DNA of 64,000 nt, from contig JBGSJG010000004.1 of the NCBI GenBank assembly GCA_041742135.1, positions 171,773 to 235,772 on the forward strand. Direction: 5' to 3'. Below the pieces are notes generated by a model. It made no database searches and was not told the origin of the DNA. It saw nothing but the letters and a program-made list of their open reading frames with translations. The position numbers were made by a program, and so were the translations under genes. Shown here one piece after another: positions 18,678-28,578 of this stretch. The DNA is from Patescibacteria group bacterium. GTDB lineage: Bacteria; Patescibacteriota; Microgenomatia; UBA8517. Position 1 is the stretch's first letter; each line of letters opens with the position of its first letter.

Positions 18678-19265
18678 CTATTTTCTGGTAATTACGAAGA
18701 TCACGAGGATGACTCCAAAGATTGCGATAAATGCTAGAATTCCGCCTGCTGCAAAAATCCTACCTAAGTTTCTTGGGGCTGATGCAACCTCTGGAGTTGG
18801 GGTTGCCGATTCACTTAATTCTTCTCCTGCCTCAGGTGTTGGTGCCGGACCGTACAAAAATTCGTTTGGCTGCACCGACCCCTGCATCACAACTTCTGTA
18901 GAAGGTGTCCGCGGGTTTGCGCTACTTTCTATCGTAACAAATAACGTACTAAACTGGGTCTTGGTTTTAAATATTGCTCTGCCCAAGCCTACAGTACCCA
19001 ATCGGACTGGGTTTCCACCAGCAGAAGGGGAAGCCCAGACAACATAATTCACGATTGTCCGGCTGTCTCCTGGATACAAAATATCTTGACATAGAAGTAG
19101 AATGTTATAGTTTGAGTCTGCCATGATGCCCGAATAGGCCGTACAACGAGCATCTTCACCAACACGGTTTCGAAGGTCAAATGTGCCCTCAGACGCACTT
19201 GCCGCTGCCGAGCCCCCAAAAATAAGCACAACCGCAAAAGCTAAACCCAAAAGTGTCTTCTTCAT
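18678..19265 (-). CDS. secreted, C-terminally membrane-anchored hypothetical protein
   Basis: Signal peptide, Pro/Thr linker, C-terminal TM. Confidence 0.8.
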   Translation of the reverse strand: MKKTLLGLAFAVVLIFGGSAAASASEGTFDLRNRVGEDARCTAYSGIMADSNYNILLLCQDILYPGDSRTIVNYVVWASPSAGGNPVRLGTVGLGRAIFKTKTQFSTLFVTIESSANPRTPSTEVVMQGSVQPNEFLYGPAPTPEAGEELSESATPTPEVASAPRNLGRIFAAGGILAFIAIFGVILVIFVITRK

Positions 19266-19294
19266 ACCAATAGTTTACTATAGATGTATAAGAA

Positions 19295-19930
19295 ATGACA
19301 AATGAAGAGCCAGCTGCCCGCTGGGGGCAAGATCTGCTTATTCGCTTCAGATGGCAGATTGTTATTCTCTTGGTTGGCCTTACTTTGGTTGGTGTGGGTT
19401 ACTACATTTCAAATACTCCCAAATCACCAGAAATTCAGATACTCGACGAGGCAGAAGGAGGAGACTCGGCATCTGTTGTAACTGTTGAAATTGCGGGCTC
19501 AGTAAATCGCCCGGGAGTCTATAGCCTTGCGGCGGGAGCCAGAATTGATGATCTGATAAATAACGCCGAAGGTTTAAACGATTTGGCGGATGGCCAGTGG
19601 GTGGAGAAGTACCTAAATCGCGCTGCGATACTAATTGACGGTCAAAAAATTTACATTCCATCGGTTGATGAGCAGTTGCCACCATCGAGTGCCAGAAGTG
19701 ACATGGGGGATCAAAGTGTAAACCAGGTGTTTGGGAGCAGTGACACAAGAGTGATAAACGTCAACACTGCGAGCCAGAAGGAGCTGGAGGAGTTACCGGG
19801 AATTGGCCCTGTTTACGCCCAAAAGATAATTGATAACAGGCCTTACTCAAGTGTGGAGGATCTTCGCACCCGCGAGGTTTTGAGGCAAAACGTTTTTGAA
19901 GAGATTAAAAACGCAGTAACAGTTTACTAA
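19295..19930 (+). CDS. comEA: competence DNA-binding protein ComEA
   Basis: TM, SLBB domain (VEIAGSVNRPGVY), HhH (INVNTASQKELEELPGIGP). Confidence 0.92.
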   Translation: MTNEEPAARWGQDLLIRFRWQIVILLVGLTLVGVGYYISNTPKSPEIQILDEAEGGDSASVVTVEIAGSVNRPGVYSLAAGARIDDLINNAEGLNDLADGQWVEKYLNRAAILIDGQKIYIPSVDEQLPPSSARSDMGDQSVNQVFGSSDTRVINVNTASQKELEELPGIGPVYAQKIIDNRPYSSVEDLRTREVLRQNVFEEIKNAVTVY

Positions 19931-19937
19931 AAAGTGC

Positions 19938-20993
19938 ATGCCAAAAATTATTTTTGTGCTTCTAGCGGCTTTTGCTCTACTTCGAATACTTACTTTCGGC
20001 TACGAGTACCCAGAGGGCAAGCTTGTCAGAATATCTACGCGACTGAGTAGCGAGCCTGGGGTGTATGGAAACTCGCGTTTTATTATCCTTCACGGACTTA
20101 AAGCCTATGTGCCAATTTTGCCCGAAGTAAGTTACGGTGACTACGTTGTTGTGGAGGGAAAGGTGAATGGCGACAAACTTGAAAACGTTAAGGTAGTTAG
20201 CATTAAAGAGGGCGGCGGGCTTTTTAATCTTCGCCGAAAAATTCTTGCGATTTATCAGAAAGCTTTGCCCGAGCCCCACGCTTCACTTGTGGCTGGCATT
20301 GTCTTGGGAAGTAAAAGCTCGCTACCCGAAAGCTTTTGGGAAAAGCTGAAACTCTCGGGGACTGCCCATGTAGTGGTGGCTTCGGGCATGAACGTCACTC
20401 TTGTTATCTCTTTTTTGCTAAGTATTTTATTAAATGTAACAAAAAGATATAAAGCTATATGTTTTGCAATATTTGGGGCGTGGGTTTATGTTGTCTTGTC
20501 TGGGCTTGATGCGCCTTTGGTTCGAGCTGCCATTATGGGAACAATTGCGTTTGGAGCACAAGCGGTGGGACGGCTTTCAAGCGCAATCCGTGCGCTTTTT
20601 CTCTCGGGACTTGTCATGTTGATTGTAAAGCCCGAGTGGGCGCGCGACCTGGGATTTATCCTATCATTTGTCGCAACATTGTCATTGGTACTATTTGAGG
20701 CCAAAATTGCCAAAGCACTAGCTCGCCTGCCTTTAATTTTCAAGAAAGACCTTGCAACTACACTTTCGGCTCAGATTGGAGTAGCGCCAATTCTTCTAGC
20801 AACGTTTGGGACTTTTAACCCGCTTTCACCTTTCATAAACGCTCTGATACTTTGGACTGTCCCGCCTATCATGATAGTTGGAGCATTTGCTGGCTTGGCT
20901 GGTATGGTTATCGAGCCTTTGGGGATACTGATTACATATTTGGCTTTTCCTTTTACTTTCTGGTTTGTTAAAGTTGTTGAATATTTATCGTGA
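19938..20993 (+). CDS. comEC: ComEC/Rec2 membrane (Competence) domain protein
   Basis: SGTAHVVVASGMNV, VRAAIMG, DLGFILSFVAT. Confidence 0.9.
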   Translation: MPKIIFVLLAAFALLRILTFGYEYPEGKLVRISTRLSSEPGVYGNSRFIILHGLKAYVPILPEVSYGDYVVVEGKVNGDKLENVKVVSIKEGGGLFNLRRKILAIYQKALPEPHASLVAGIVLGSKSSLPESFWEKLKLSGTAHVVVASGMNVTLVISFLLSILLNVTKRYKAICFAIFGAWVYVVLSGLDAPLVRAAIMGTIAFGAQAVGRLSSAIRALFLSGLVMLIVKPEWARDLGFILSFVATLSLVLFEAKIAKALARLPLIFKKDLATTLSAQIGVAPILLATFGTFNPLSPFINALILWTVPPIMIVGAFAGLAGMVIEPLGILITYLAFPFTFWFVKVVEYLS

Positions 20994-21841
20994 CCAATAA
21001 ATCCTGGTTGTTTACATTTACAATTCTTTTTCTGGCTGCGCTCATTGTTTGGATTGGTGCACTGAATCGCCCGACTCAAAAGCTTAAGGTGATTGCTTGC
21101 GATGTGGGGCAAGGGGACGCGTATTTAATAACACTCGGAAACTTTCAGGCTCTTATCGACGGCGGCCCTAATAACAAAGTTCTTGATTGTCTGGGAAGAT
21201 ACGTTTCATTTTTTGATCGTGATATCGAGATCGTAATTCAAACTCACCCGGACGCGGACCACTATACCGGGCTTGTTGAGGTCTTAAAAAGATATAACGT
21301 CAAACACCTTGTTTATAGCGAAGCTCGCAAAGATAACGACGCTTATAGCGAGTTTCTTGATGCTGCCAATGCTGAGGGCGCAAATAGGGTAGTGGCAGTA
21401 AGTGGCAAAAAAATTGTATATGGAGATTTACATTTTGAGATAGTAAGCCCTATTAATTCGATGTTTGTAGCAGGGGAGGAAATTGACGAAGATGAGTCAA
21501 ACGACTATTCTGTTGTAACTCACTTGGTATATGGGGATTTTAGTGCTCTTTTTACCGGGGACTTAACACCAAAAGTAACCCAGAAACTTGTGAGCTTAAA
21601 CCAAATTCCAGATGTTGATTACTTAAGCGTTCCGCATCATGGATCAAAAAATGGTTTAACACAGATACTACTACAAAAGACTACACCTAACGTTACTGTA
21701 ATCTCAGTGGGACTCAAAAATCGCTACGGCCACCCGCACGAGGATGTTTTGAAGTTACTTGATGGTTATAAGTATTTTAGGACAGACCAGGTAGGTGAAG
21801 TGGTTTTGCAGGGTGATGGAAAAATTTGGGATATTTATTAA
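20990..21841 (+). CDS. ComEC-associated metallo-beta-lactamase-fold nuclease (split from comEC)
   Basis: DVGQGDA, THPDADH, FTGDL, PHHGS, NRYGHPH. Confidence 0.9.
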   Translation: MTNKSWLFTFTILFLAALIVWIGALNRPTQKLKVIACDVGQGDAYLITLGNFQALIDGGPNNKVLDCLGRYVSFFDRDIEIVIQTHPDADHYTGLVEVLKRYNVKHLVYSEARKDNDAYSEFLDAANAEGANRVVAVSGKKIVYGDLHFEIVSPINSMFVAGEEIDEDESNDYSVVTHLVYGDFSALFTGDLTPKVTQKLVSLNQIPDVDYLSVPHHGSKNGLTQILLQKTTPNVTVISVGLKNRYGHPHEDVLKLLDGYKYFRTDQVGEVVLQGDGKIWDIY

Positions 21842-22203
21842 TCCTCTGGTTTATCCAGGAAACTTAACATGCTATCCAATCTTTTTTTCTTCTCATCTTC
21901 TTTTGGGAATATTTTTGCGTCGACTTCATCAAAATACTGTTTAATACGTTTTTGTTCTTCGTCTGTAAATAGTGGTGGACTATCCGGATTATTCTGCTTG
22001 TGATTATGCCATGTCGCGATGGCTGCAGTGTATGATAGTTCTGGGTCTCCCTGAACGTTCATGAGCGCTTTTTGATATGCAACTTTTAAACTGCCAATTA
22101 CGATTAGCCTCTGTGCTTTGTCTGGTGCAGTTAAAAAATCTGCATCAGTGTTATAAATATTTTCAATATCTTCAACTGGATTCGGTTGATCTTCCTCAGT
22201 CAT
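21838..22203 (-). CDS. hypothetical protein (~121 aa)
   Basis: ATG at 22203 with TATAAT 6 nt upstream; AT-rich, charged helical protein. Confidence 0.6.
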   Translation of the reverse strand: MTEEDQPNPVEDIENIYNTDADFLTAPDKAQRLIVIGSLKVAYQKALMNVQGDPELSYTAAIATWHNHKQNNPDSPPLFTDEEQKRIKQYFDEVDAKIFPKEDEKKKRLDSMLSFLDKPED

Positions 22204-22209
22204 GCGTCC

Positions 22210-22224
22210 ATTATAAGGTATAAT
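22210..22224. promoter_or_regulatory. back-to-back -10 boxes for divergent leaderless transcripts
   Basis: TATAAT on the minus strand (22210-22215) and plus strand (22219-22224), 6 and 7 nt from the two ATGs. Confidence 0.6.
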
Positions 22225-22231
22225 CAATTTA

Positions 22232-23935
22232 ATGGTAAGAGAGACGTTGCTGAAAGTACTACAATCCATAACCCAATCAGAAGACATCAAATTGGACGTG
22301 CCTCAGGACTCGGCACATGGAGATTATGCTACAAGTGTAGCACTCGTAATGGCTAAGCGCCAAAACAAAAACCCTCTTGAGGTGGCGGAAGAGCTGGTGG
22401 GGAAACTTCGAGATAACAAAGAGCTTGAAGGACTAATTGACAGAATTGAAGTCGCACCTCCTGGATTTATTAACTTTTGGGTTGCAGATTCTTTGCTCGT
22501 TTCCGAGACGCTTAAGTTTGCAGACAAGATTGATGTAGCTAGTAATGATGTTTCCGGCAAGAAGGTGCTGGTTGAATATAGTTCCCCAAATATTGCCAAG
22601 CCGTTTGGTATTGGCCATTTTAGAAGTACCGTTATAGGTGATGCTGTAGCAAATTTGCTTGAAGCAGTTGGCTACACGGTCTACCGCGATAACCATCTTG
22701 GAGATTGGGGGACACAGTTTGGCAAACAAATATATGCTATCAAAACTTGGGGAGATGAGGCGGCAATCGATAAGTCTGATAATCCAGTTCACGACTTGGT
22801 TGAGCTTTATGTAAAGTTTCACGAAGAGGCTGAAAAGGACAAAAGCCTCGAAGATGGTGCTAGGGGGTGGTTTAAGAAACTTGAAAGTGGGAACCCTGAA
22901 GCCAGGCGAATTTGGCTTAAGTGCGTAGACTGGTCTCTTGATGCCTTTAAAGGAATATACGAGATATTAAATATTAGATTTACCGAGAACGATGGAGTTG
23001 GATATGGAGAATCATATTTTGAGACGAAAATGAAAGATGTTCTTGACGAGCTTGAAAGCAAAGGATTACTAAAAGAAGGAGAAGAAGGAGCAAAACTCGT
23101 ATTTTTTGACAACGAGAAGTACCCGCCACTCATGATTACCAAAAAGGACGGGACTAGCTTGTATGCTACACGCGATTTGGCGGCGGACAAATTTAGACTA
23201 GAAACTTACGGGCAGGGCTTGACTATTATTAATGAAGTGGGAGCTGAGCAATCGCTTTATTTTACACAGCTATTTGAGCTGGAGCAGATGCTTGGCTGGG
23301 TCAAGGATGGCCAGAGAATTCATGTTAAGCACGGCTTTTTTAGATTCACCGATCGCAAGATGTCTACTCGCAAGGGCGATATCATTTGGCTTTCGGATGT
23401 AATTGACGAGGCGATAGCGCGAGCGAGTAAATTTGGAAGTGATGACAAGCTTGCGAGAATCGTCGCCGTGGGGGCTTTAAAATGGAACGACTTAAAACGT
23501 GAGCCTGTAAAAGACATAATCTTTGACTGGGACCAAGTGCTTTCCATGGATGGGAACTCTGGGCCATACATGCAATATACATATGCCCGAGCAATGTCGA
23601 TTCTTAGCAAAAGCGGGAGCCAAGTGCCAGACAAATTAACTGTATCAAACCATTTTGGGGCATCAGATGCGGTCTTTGAATTATCGGAAAAAAACGTCGC
23701 CAGAAAGCTTTTTCACTACCCCCAAACTGTTCAAGATGCGGCAATAAATTACTCACCACACGTTTTGGCAACTTATTTATTCACCTTAGCTCAAGGGTTT
23801 AACACCTTTTATAATAACGAGCGCATAATTGGAAGCGAGCGAGAGCAAATACGCTTGAGCCTGACCGCGAGTGTGGCGAGTGTGATTAAGCACGGCCTTG
23901 GCCTTTTGGGCATAGAAGCTCCACAAAAGATGTGA
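22232..23935 (+). CDS. argS: arginine--tRNA ligase
   Basis: VEYSSPNIAKPFGIGH, NHLGDWGTQFG, KMSTRKG, GNSGPYMQY. Confidence 0.97.
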   Translation: MVRETLLKVLQSITQSEDIKLDVPQDSAHGDYATSVALVMAKRQNKNPLEVAEELVGKLRDNKELEGLIDRIEVAPPGFINFWVADSLLVSETLKFADKIDVASNDVSGKKVLVEYSSPNIAKPFGIGHFRSTVIGDAVANLLEAVGYTVYRDNHLGDWGTQFGKQIYAIKTWGDEAAIDKSDNPVHDLVELYVKFHEEAEKDKSLEDGARGWFKKLESGNPEARRIWLKCVDWSLDAFKGIYEILNIRFTENDGVGYGESYFETKMKDVLDELESKGLLKEGEEGAKLVFFDNEKYPPLMITKKDGTSLYATRDLAADKFRLETYGQGLTIINEVGAEQSLYFTQLFELEQMLGWVKDGQRIHVKHGFFRFTDRKMSTRKGDIIWLSDVIDEAIARASKFGSDDKLARIVAVGALKWNDLKREPVKDIIFDWDQVLSMDGNSGPYMQYTYARAMSILSKSGSQVPDKLTVSNHFGASDAVFELSEKNVARKLFHYPQTVQDAAINYSPHVLATYLFTLAQGFNTFYNNERIIGSEREQIRLSLTASVASVIKHGLGLLGIEAPQKM

Positions 23936-23955
23936 GATCTCTGCTAATATGATTT

Positions 23956-24510
23956 ATGGCTAGGTCTCGAGTAAAATTTGCGGATGATGATAGACAGTCG
24001 ATTGGAGTACTTTTGGGCCTTCGCACACCAGCGTTAATAGTAGGTTTGATTCTTGGACTGCTCCTATCATTTGCGACTTCTCAGTTTGAGGAGGTTATTT
24101 CTCAAAACATCTCGGTTGCCTTTTTTATCCCCTTTATTGTCTATCTTGCAGCCGCGGTCGGAGCACAGACTCAAAGTATTTACATTCGTGATTTAAAGAC
24201 CGGCAAGGCAAGTTTTAGGCGATACCTGCTAAAAGAAAGCATAATGGGTTTGCTGTTTGGGTTATTGTTTGGAGCTATTGCAGCTGCGATTGTCCTTGTG
24301 TGGTTTAAGTCTACAGAGCTTGCGCTTGCGGTCTCTTTGTCGCTTTTTGGGGCAGTCGCGCTTGCTCCTGTCATCGCCTTGACTGTTACTGAGGTCCTTG
24401 AACTGGAGCACACTGACCCGGCTACCGGCTCGGGTCCAATCGCCTCGGTTATCCAAGACACAGTAAGCGTGTTGATCTACGGATTCATCGCTAGTGCTAT
24501 CATTTTGTAA
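23956..24510 (+). CDS. MgtE-type magnesium transporter membrane domain
   Basis: AFFIPFI...GAQTQS, DPATGSGPIASVIQD. Confidence 0.8.
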   Translation: MARSRVKFADDDRQSIGVLLGLRTPALIVGLILGLLLSFATSQFEEVISQNISVAFFIPFIVYLAAAVGAQTQSIYIRDLKTGKASFRRYLLKESIMGLLFGLLFGAIAAAIVLVWFKSTELALAVSLSLFGAVALAPVIALTVTEVLELEHTDPATGSGPIASVIQDTVSVLIYGFIASAIIL

Positions 24511-24533
24511 CCTTCAAATATATAATGCTTGGG

Positions 24534-25808
24534 ATGGGATTTAGACGAACAGTACTTCCAAACGGCATCAGATTTGTTCACTACGATGTCCCCGGTCTGG
24601 CCTCCGCCACTTTTACAGTTTGGTATGGAGTGGGTTCACGCTTTGAAGCCGAAGGTGTTGCAGGCATTAGCCATTTTTTGGAGCACATGGCCTTCAAAGG
24701 CGGCAAGAAATATCCTTCCGCGAAAGCGATTTCGGAGACCCTCGATGCTTTGGGGGTTGAGGATAATGCCTCGACCGGCCAGGAATATACTAACTATTAC
24801 GTTCGAGCAGCTTCGGCACTTTTGCCTCAAGCAGTAGACGTATTAGCCGATTCGCTTTTGACTCCACGCTTGGATGCCAAAGAGATAAATAAAGAACGGG
24901 GAGTGATTATCGAGGAAATTAATATGTACGAGGACGACCCGAAGGACTTAGTGAGCCTAATTTTTAATAATTTGATTTTCCCGAGTAATCCCTTGGGCCG
25001 CGACATTGCTGGGAGCCGTGAAACTGTCAAAGCTATAAGCCGTCAGGATTTCTTGGATTTTCGCGAAGTTCACTATCGGCCAGAAAATATTGTCATCACT
25101 GTTTCAGGAGGAGTTTCTTACTCTGACGCGCTTGATCTTGCAAAGTCCTATTTCGGCAAGCTTAAAAGCTCAAAGTACCAAAAAGCATACGAGGGCTTCA
25201 ATTTTGATCAAAAAAAGCCAGCTGCTGTGATTCGCAACAAGCCAACGGAACAAACCAACCTCATTTTGGGTTTTGTGGGCAAAAAGCACGGCGATAAAAC
25301 TCGCTATGCCGAGGCACTGCTGGCCATAATTTTGGGCGCTGGGATGAGTAGCCGGCTGTTTCGTGAAGTGCGCGAGAAGCGGGGATTGGCGTATTCGGTT
25401 TTTGCTTCAAGTTCTCACTATATTGACACTGGAGAATTCTCGGCTTACGCAGGTGTTCCAGTAGCCAAGGCCCAAGATGCCATTGCCGTTATGCTCAAAG
25501 AAATTTACAAGATGAGCTCAAAAAAGCACGGAATTACTAAGGCTGAGATTAATAAAGCCAAGGCTTTTTATAAGGGACACATGGCGCTTTCGATGGAAAA
25601 TACGCGTGCGATCAACTACTTTTTTGGCCACGAAGAGATAAAAGGCGGGGAGCTCAAAAATCCAGAGGAAGTCTTTAAGCTTATTGATAAAGTGACAGTT
25701 GATGAAATAGTTGCTGTCGCCGGCGATCTTTTTGTTCCCTCTCGAGCAAACTTGGCAGTAGTTGGGCCATACAAAAATCCCGAAATCTTTGAAAAACTTA
25801 TTAATTAA
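24534..25808 (+). CDS. M16 family zinc peptidase
   Basis: HFLEH (HxxEH) motif, ERGVIIEE, SSRLFREVREKRGLAY; start at 24534 or 24525. Confidence 0.92.
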   Translation: MGFRRTVLPNGIRFVHYDVPGLASATFTVWYGVGSRFEAEGVAGISHFLEHMAFKGGKKYPSAKAISETLDALGVEDNASTGQEYTNYYVRAASALLPQAVDVLADSLLTPRLDAKEINKERGVIIEEINMYEDDPKDLVSLIFNNLIFPSNPLGRDIAGSRETVKAISRQDFLDFREVHYRPENIVITVSGGVSYSDALDLAKSYFGKLKSSKYQKAYEGFNFDQKKPAAVIRNKPTEQTNLILGFVGKKHGDKTRYAEALLAIILGAGMSSRLFREVREKRGLAYSVFASSSHYIDTGEFSAYAGVPVAKAQDAIAVMLKEIYKMSSKKHGITKAEINKAKAFYKGHMALSMENTRAINYFFGHEEIKGGELKNPEEVFKLIDKVTVDEIVAVAGDLFVPSRANLAVVGPYKNPEIFEKLIN

Positions 25809-25822
25809 GGTTATAATCAGCC

Positions 25823-26878
25823 ATGAAGAGTTTGGAATTCCCCATCGTAGGCACCAAAGTAAAGGGCCTTACAAAATCCTTTGATCTTTCAAGCCCAGTT
25901 GAGCGCAAGAAATACTTTGATGCAAAAGTCGGCGATGAGATAAAAACGATCAAAAAATATCTCAAGAAGGGAACTTTTATTGCTTACTTCTTGGGCAAGA
26001 AAAACTCCGGCAAGGGAACTTATTCCAAGCTCATTACAGAGATTTTTGGAGAGGATAAAATTGCCCACGTTTCAGTAGGCGATGCCGTTCGGGAATTGAC
26101 CTCAAAAGACTACAAAAAAGTTGAAAAGCACTACCGCGGCTATGTGTCTTTTGATGAGTGCATCAAGCGCTTTGAAGGCCGTAGCACGCAGGGAGCACTT
26201 CTGCCAACTGAGTTTATCTTGGCACTTCTTAAGTATAAAATTTCGACGCTTTCAGGCAAAGCCATATTTATCGACGGGCTTCCTCGCGACATGGATCAGG
26301 TAAGCTATTCTTTGTATTTTCGTGATTTGATCAACTACCGTGAAGACCCAGATTTGTTTATCTTGATTGATATTCCTGAGCGTGTAATTGACGCTAGAAT
26401 CAAGGACCGAGTGATTTGCCCGAAGTGCAACACCTCCAGAAGTACTAAGTTTTTTATAACCACTAAACTAGATTACGACGAAAAAGCCAAAAAGTTTTAT
26501 CTCTTGTGTGATAACCCAGATTGTCCGGGAGCCGAGCGAATGGTTCCCAAAGAAGGGGATGAGCTTGGAATTGAGCCTATCCGTGAGCGACTTGTAAAAG
26601 ACGAGGAGATTTTGCGAAAAGTATTTGAGCTTCATGGTGTGCCAAAAGTATTACTTCGTAACCATGTTCCGGCTGATCAAGCTAAAAAGTATTTTGACGA
26701 ATACGAGCTGACTCCAGAATACATACTAAGTTGGGACGCAAAAGATAAAAAGGTCAAGGTTTCTCAAAAGCCTTGGAAGATGAAAGATGACAACAAAACA
26801 GAAAGTTACAGCCTCATGGCAGCTCCAGTTGTAGTAGGGCTTATTAAACAGTTGGTTGAAGCTCTGGAAATTAACTGA
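25823..26878 (+). CDS. adenylate/nucleoside monophosphate kinase-like protein
   Basis: P-loop GKKNSGKGT, HVSVGD, IDGLPR, Cys-containing lid (CPKC...CDNPDC). Confidence 0.75.
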   Translation: MKSLEFPIVGTKVKGLTKSFDLSSPVERKKYFDAKVGDEIKTIKKYLKKGTFIAYFLGKKNSGKGTYSKLITEIFGEDKIAHVSVGDAVRELTSKDYKKVEKHYRGYVSFDECIKRFEGRSTQGALLPTEFILALLKYKISTLSGKAIFIDGLPRDMDQVSYSLYFRDLINYREDPDLFILIDIPERVIDARIKDRVICPKCNTSRSTKFFITTKLDYDEKAKKFYLLCDNPDCPGAERMVPKEGDELGIEPIRERLVKDEEILRKVFELHGVPKVLLRNHVPADQAKKYFDEYELTPEYILSWDAKDKKVKVSQKPWKMKDDNKTESYSLMAAPVVVGLIKQLVEALEIN

Positions 26879-26940
26879 TTTTGCTCTATTGATTTGCACC
26901 TCAATTCGTAGTTAACTGTAATTATTGTTACACTATAGTA

Positions 26941-28566
26941 GTGCCAAAGAATAAAGCAGCTACCAGCCTGAGAAAAGTTACAACAAGTGCCTCGGTGATC
27001 ATTTCTGCAGTCGTGCTGATAATTCTTTTGGTATGGTCGCAGGCAAATAGCCTTAGTTCGCGTATTGGTGCTCAGACAACTAGCTTTGTTCAAGTTTCAG
27101 GCAGAAACCTAGTTTACAATGGGCAGAACGTTACCTTAAAAGGCACCAATTTTAACAACCTTGAGGCTCTAAATGCTGAGTGGGGCGAAGGTAGCGGGCA
27201 GTGGATTGGTGGAATCAATTCTAATATCGGCGAGCTAACGATTAACGAGGCGGATTATCAATTGTTGTCACAACTAGGCGCTAATCATGTCCGCTTTGGC
27301 ATTAGTTTTAGCTGGTGGAGGGACAACAGGACCGAGTTTTTTCGCGTAATGGATCAGCATATCCAGTGGGCTAGAGAGAATGACCTATGGATGGTTCTAA
27401 ACTTATTTACGACCCCGGGGGACTGCTACGAAGGCTACAGTGCATACTGCGACTTATATATAAACTCCACTGAACAGGAACAGCTTCGAGATTTTTGGAG
27501 AGATGTGGCGGCACATTATGCGAATGAACCGGTCGTTGCGGGGTACGATTTAATAAATGAACCTGTCAGTAGAGCCGAGGCAGGCTGGGGTTCCGGTTGG
27601 AAGAATTTAGCACAGTCTGTGGTAGACGTAATTCGCGAGGTCGACCAAAATCACGCGATATTTTATATGACGACTCCAGACCAAAGTTTCAGTAATGGTC
27701 AACTTAACGACAGCAATGTGGTTTACCAGATACACGATTATGCGCCTTTGGCTATGAGCCACTGTGGAACTAGTCCGGGGAGGATTACATACCCAGGAAC
27801 AGCTCAAGGTGTGTATTGGGATTTGGATAGCCAACTAAATGGAAGAGCGCTTAAAGACAGGTTGCCGGCCATAGAATGGACTATGGCTAATAATTTGCCA
27901 TTATATATTGGTGAGTGGGGAGCACAAGGAGATTGCTTGGCTGGAAGAGAGCAATACACTGCCGACAAGGCGACCATTTACAACGCGTGGGGATTGCACC
28001 ATGCTCACTTTGTTTGGCAAGGCAGCAGCCGGCACTGGGGACTTTTCCCTGCAGATAGTTCAAATCCTCACTCTTCCGCGATGCTTGCTGCGGTACAGAC
28101 GAGTTGGGCCGGTAGTGTAAGCCCAAATTTCTCTGGGACTGCTCCTGAATATCCGCCTGTCGGCACATTGCCTACGGGCCCTGGCGCACCTGTTGTTCCC
28201 GTTCCGTCTGGCGCGGGGCCTTTGGAACCCGGTACACCTGCGGTGACCACGCCTTCCGACACGGCCGGGGAAGTTGTTGGCGATTGTGCTCCCGAGCACA
28301 TCTCTACTGCAATTGGCTGCGTGCCTTTGGCTGATGTTCCAGAAATCGCGCGATTTTTTCTGCAGTGGGCACTAGGGACCGCTGGCGGAGTCGGAATATT
28401 TTTGATAGCCTTTGCGGCATATAGAATTTCGACTTCTCAAGGTGACCCGAGAAAGCTTCAAGGCGGGCAAGAGTTGTTACTTTCTGCAATTGGAGGCTTA
28501 GTAATGCTTGTCTTGTCAGTGTTTCTGCTCCGATTTGTGGGGGTTAATTTACTGGGTCTTTTTTAG
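26941..28566 (+). CDS. GH5 glycoside hydrolase fused to a C-terminal TrbC/VirB2-like pilin domain
   Basis: LINEP acid/base and IGEWG nucleophile motifs; Pro-rich linker; TAIGCVP...TSQGDPRKLQGGQELLLSAIGGL two-TM pilin-like tail. Confidence 0.8.
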   Translation: MPKNKAATSLRKVTTSASVIISAVVLIILLVWSQANSLSSRIGAQTTSFVQVSGRNLVYNGQNVTLKGTNFNNLEALNAEWGEGSGQWIGGINSNIGELTINEADYQLLSQLGANHVRFGISFSWWRDNRTEFFRVMDQHIQWARENDLWMVLNLFTTPGDCYEGYSAYCDLYINSTEQEQLRDFWRDVAAHYANEPVVAGYDLINEPVSRAEAGWGSGWKNLAQSVVDVIREVDQNHAIFYMTTPDQSFSNGQLNDSNVVYQIHDYAPLAMSHCGTSPGRITYPGTAQGVYWDLDSQLNGRALKDRLPAIEWTMANNLPLYIGEWGAQGDCLAGREQYTADKATIYNAWGLHHAHFVWQGSSRHWGLFPADSSNPHSSAMLAAVQTSWAGSVSPNFSGTAPEYPPVGTLPTGPGAPVVPVPSGAGPLEPGTPAVTTPSDTAGEVVGDCAPEHISTAIGCVPLADVPEIARFFLQWALGTAGGVGIFLIAFAAYRISTSQGDPRKLQGGQELLLSAIGGLVMLVLSVFLLRFVGVNLLGLF

Positions 28567-28578
28567 GCTATCCGTCTC

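Noticed and set aside
19938-21841. Split comEC as a frameshifted pseudogene
   Set aside because: The second ORF has its own start (GTGA overlap), an N-terminal TM and intact motifs; separately encoded domains are a known arrangement.
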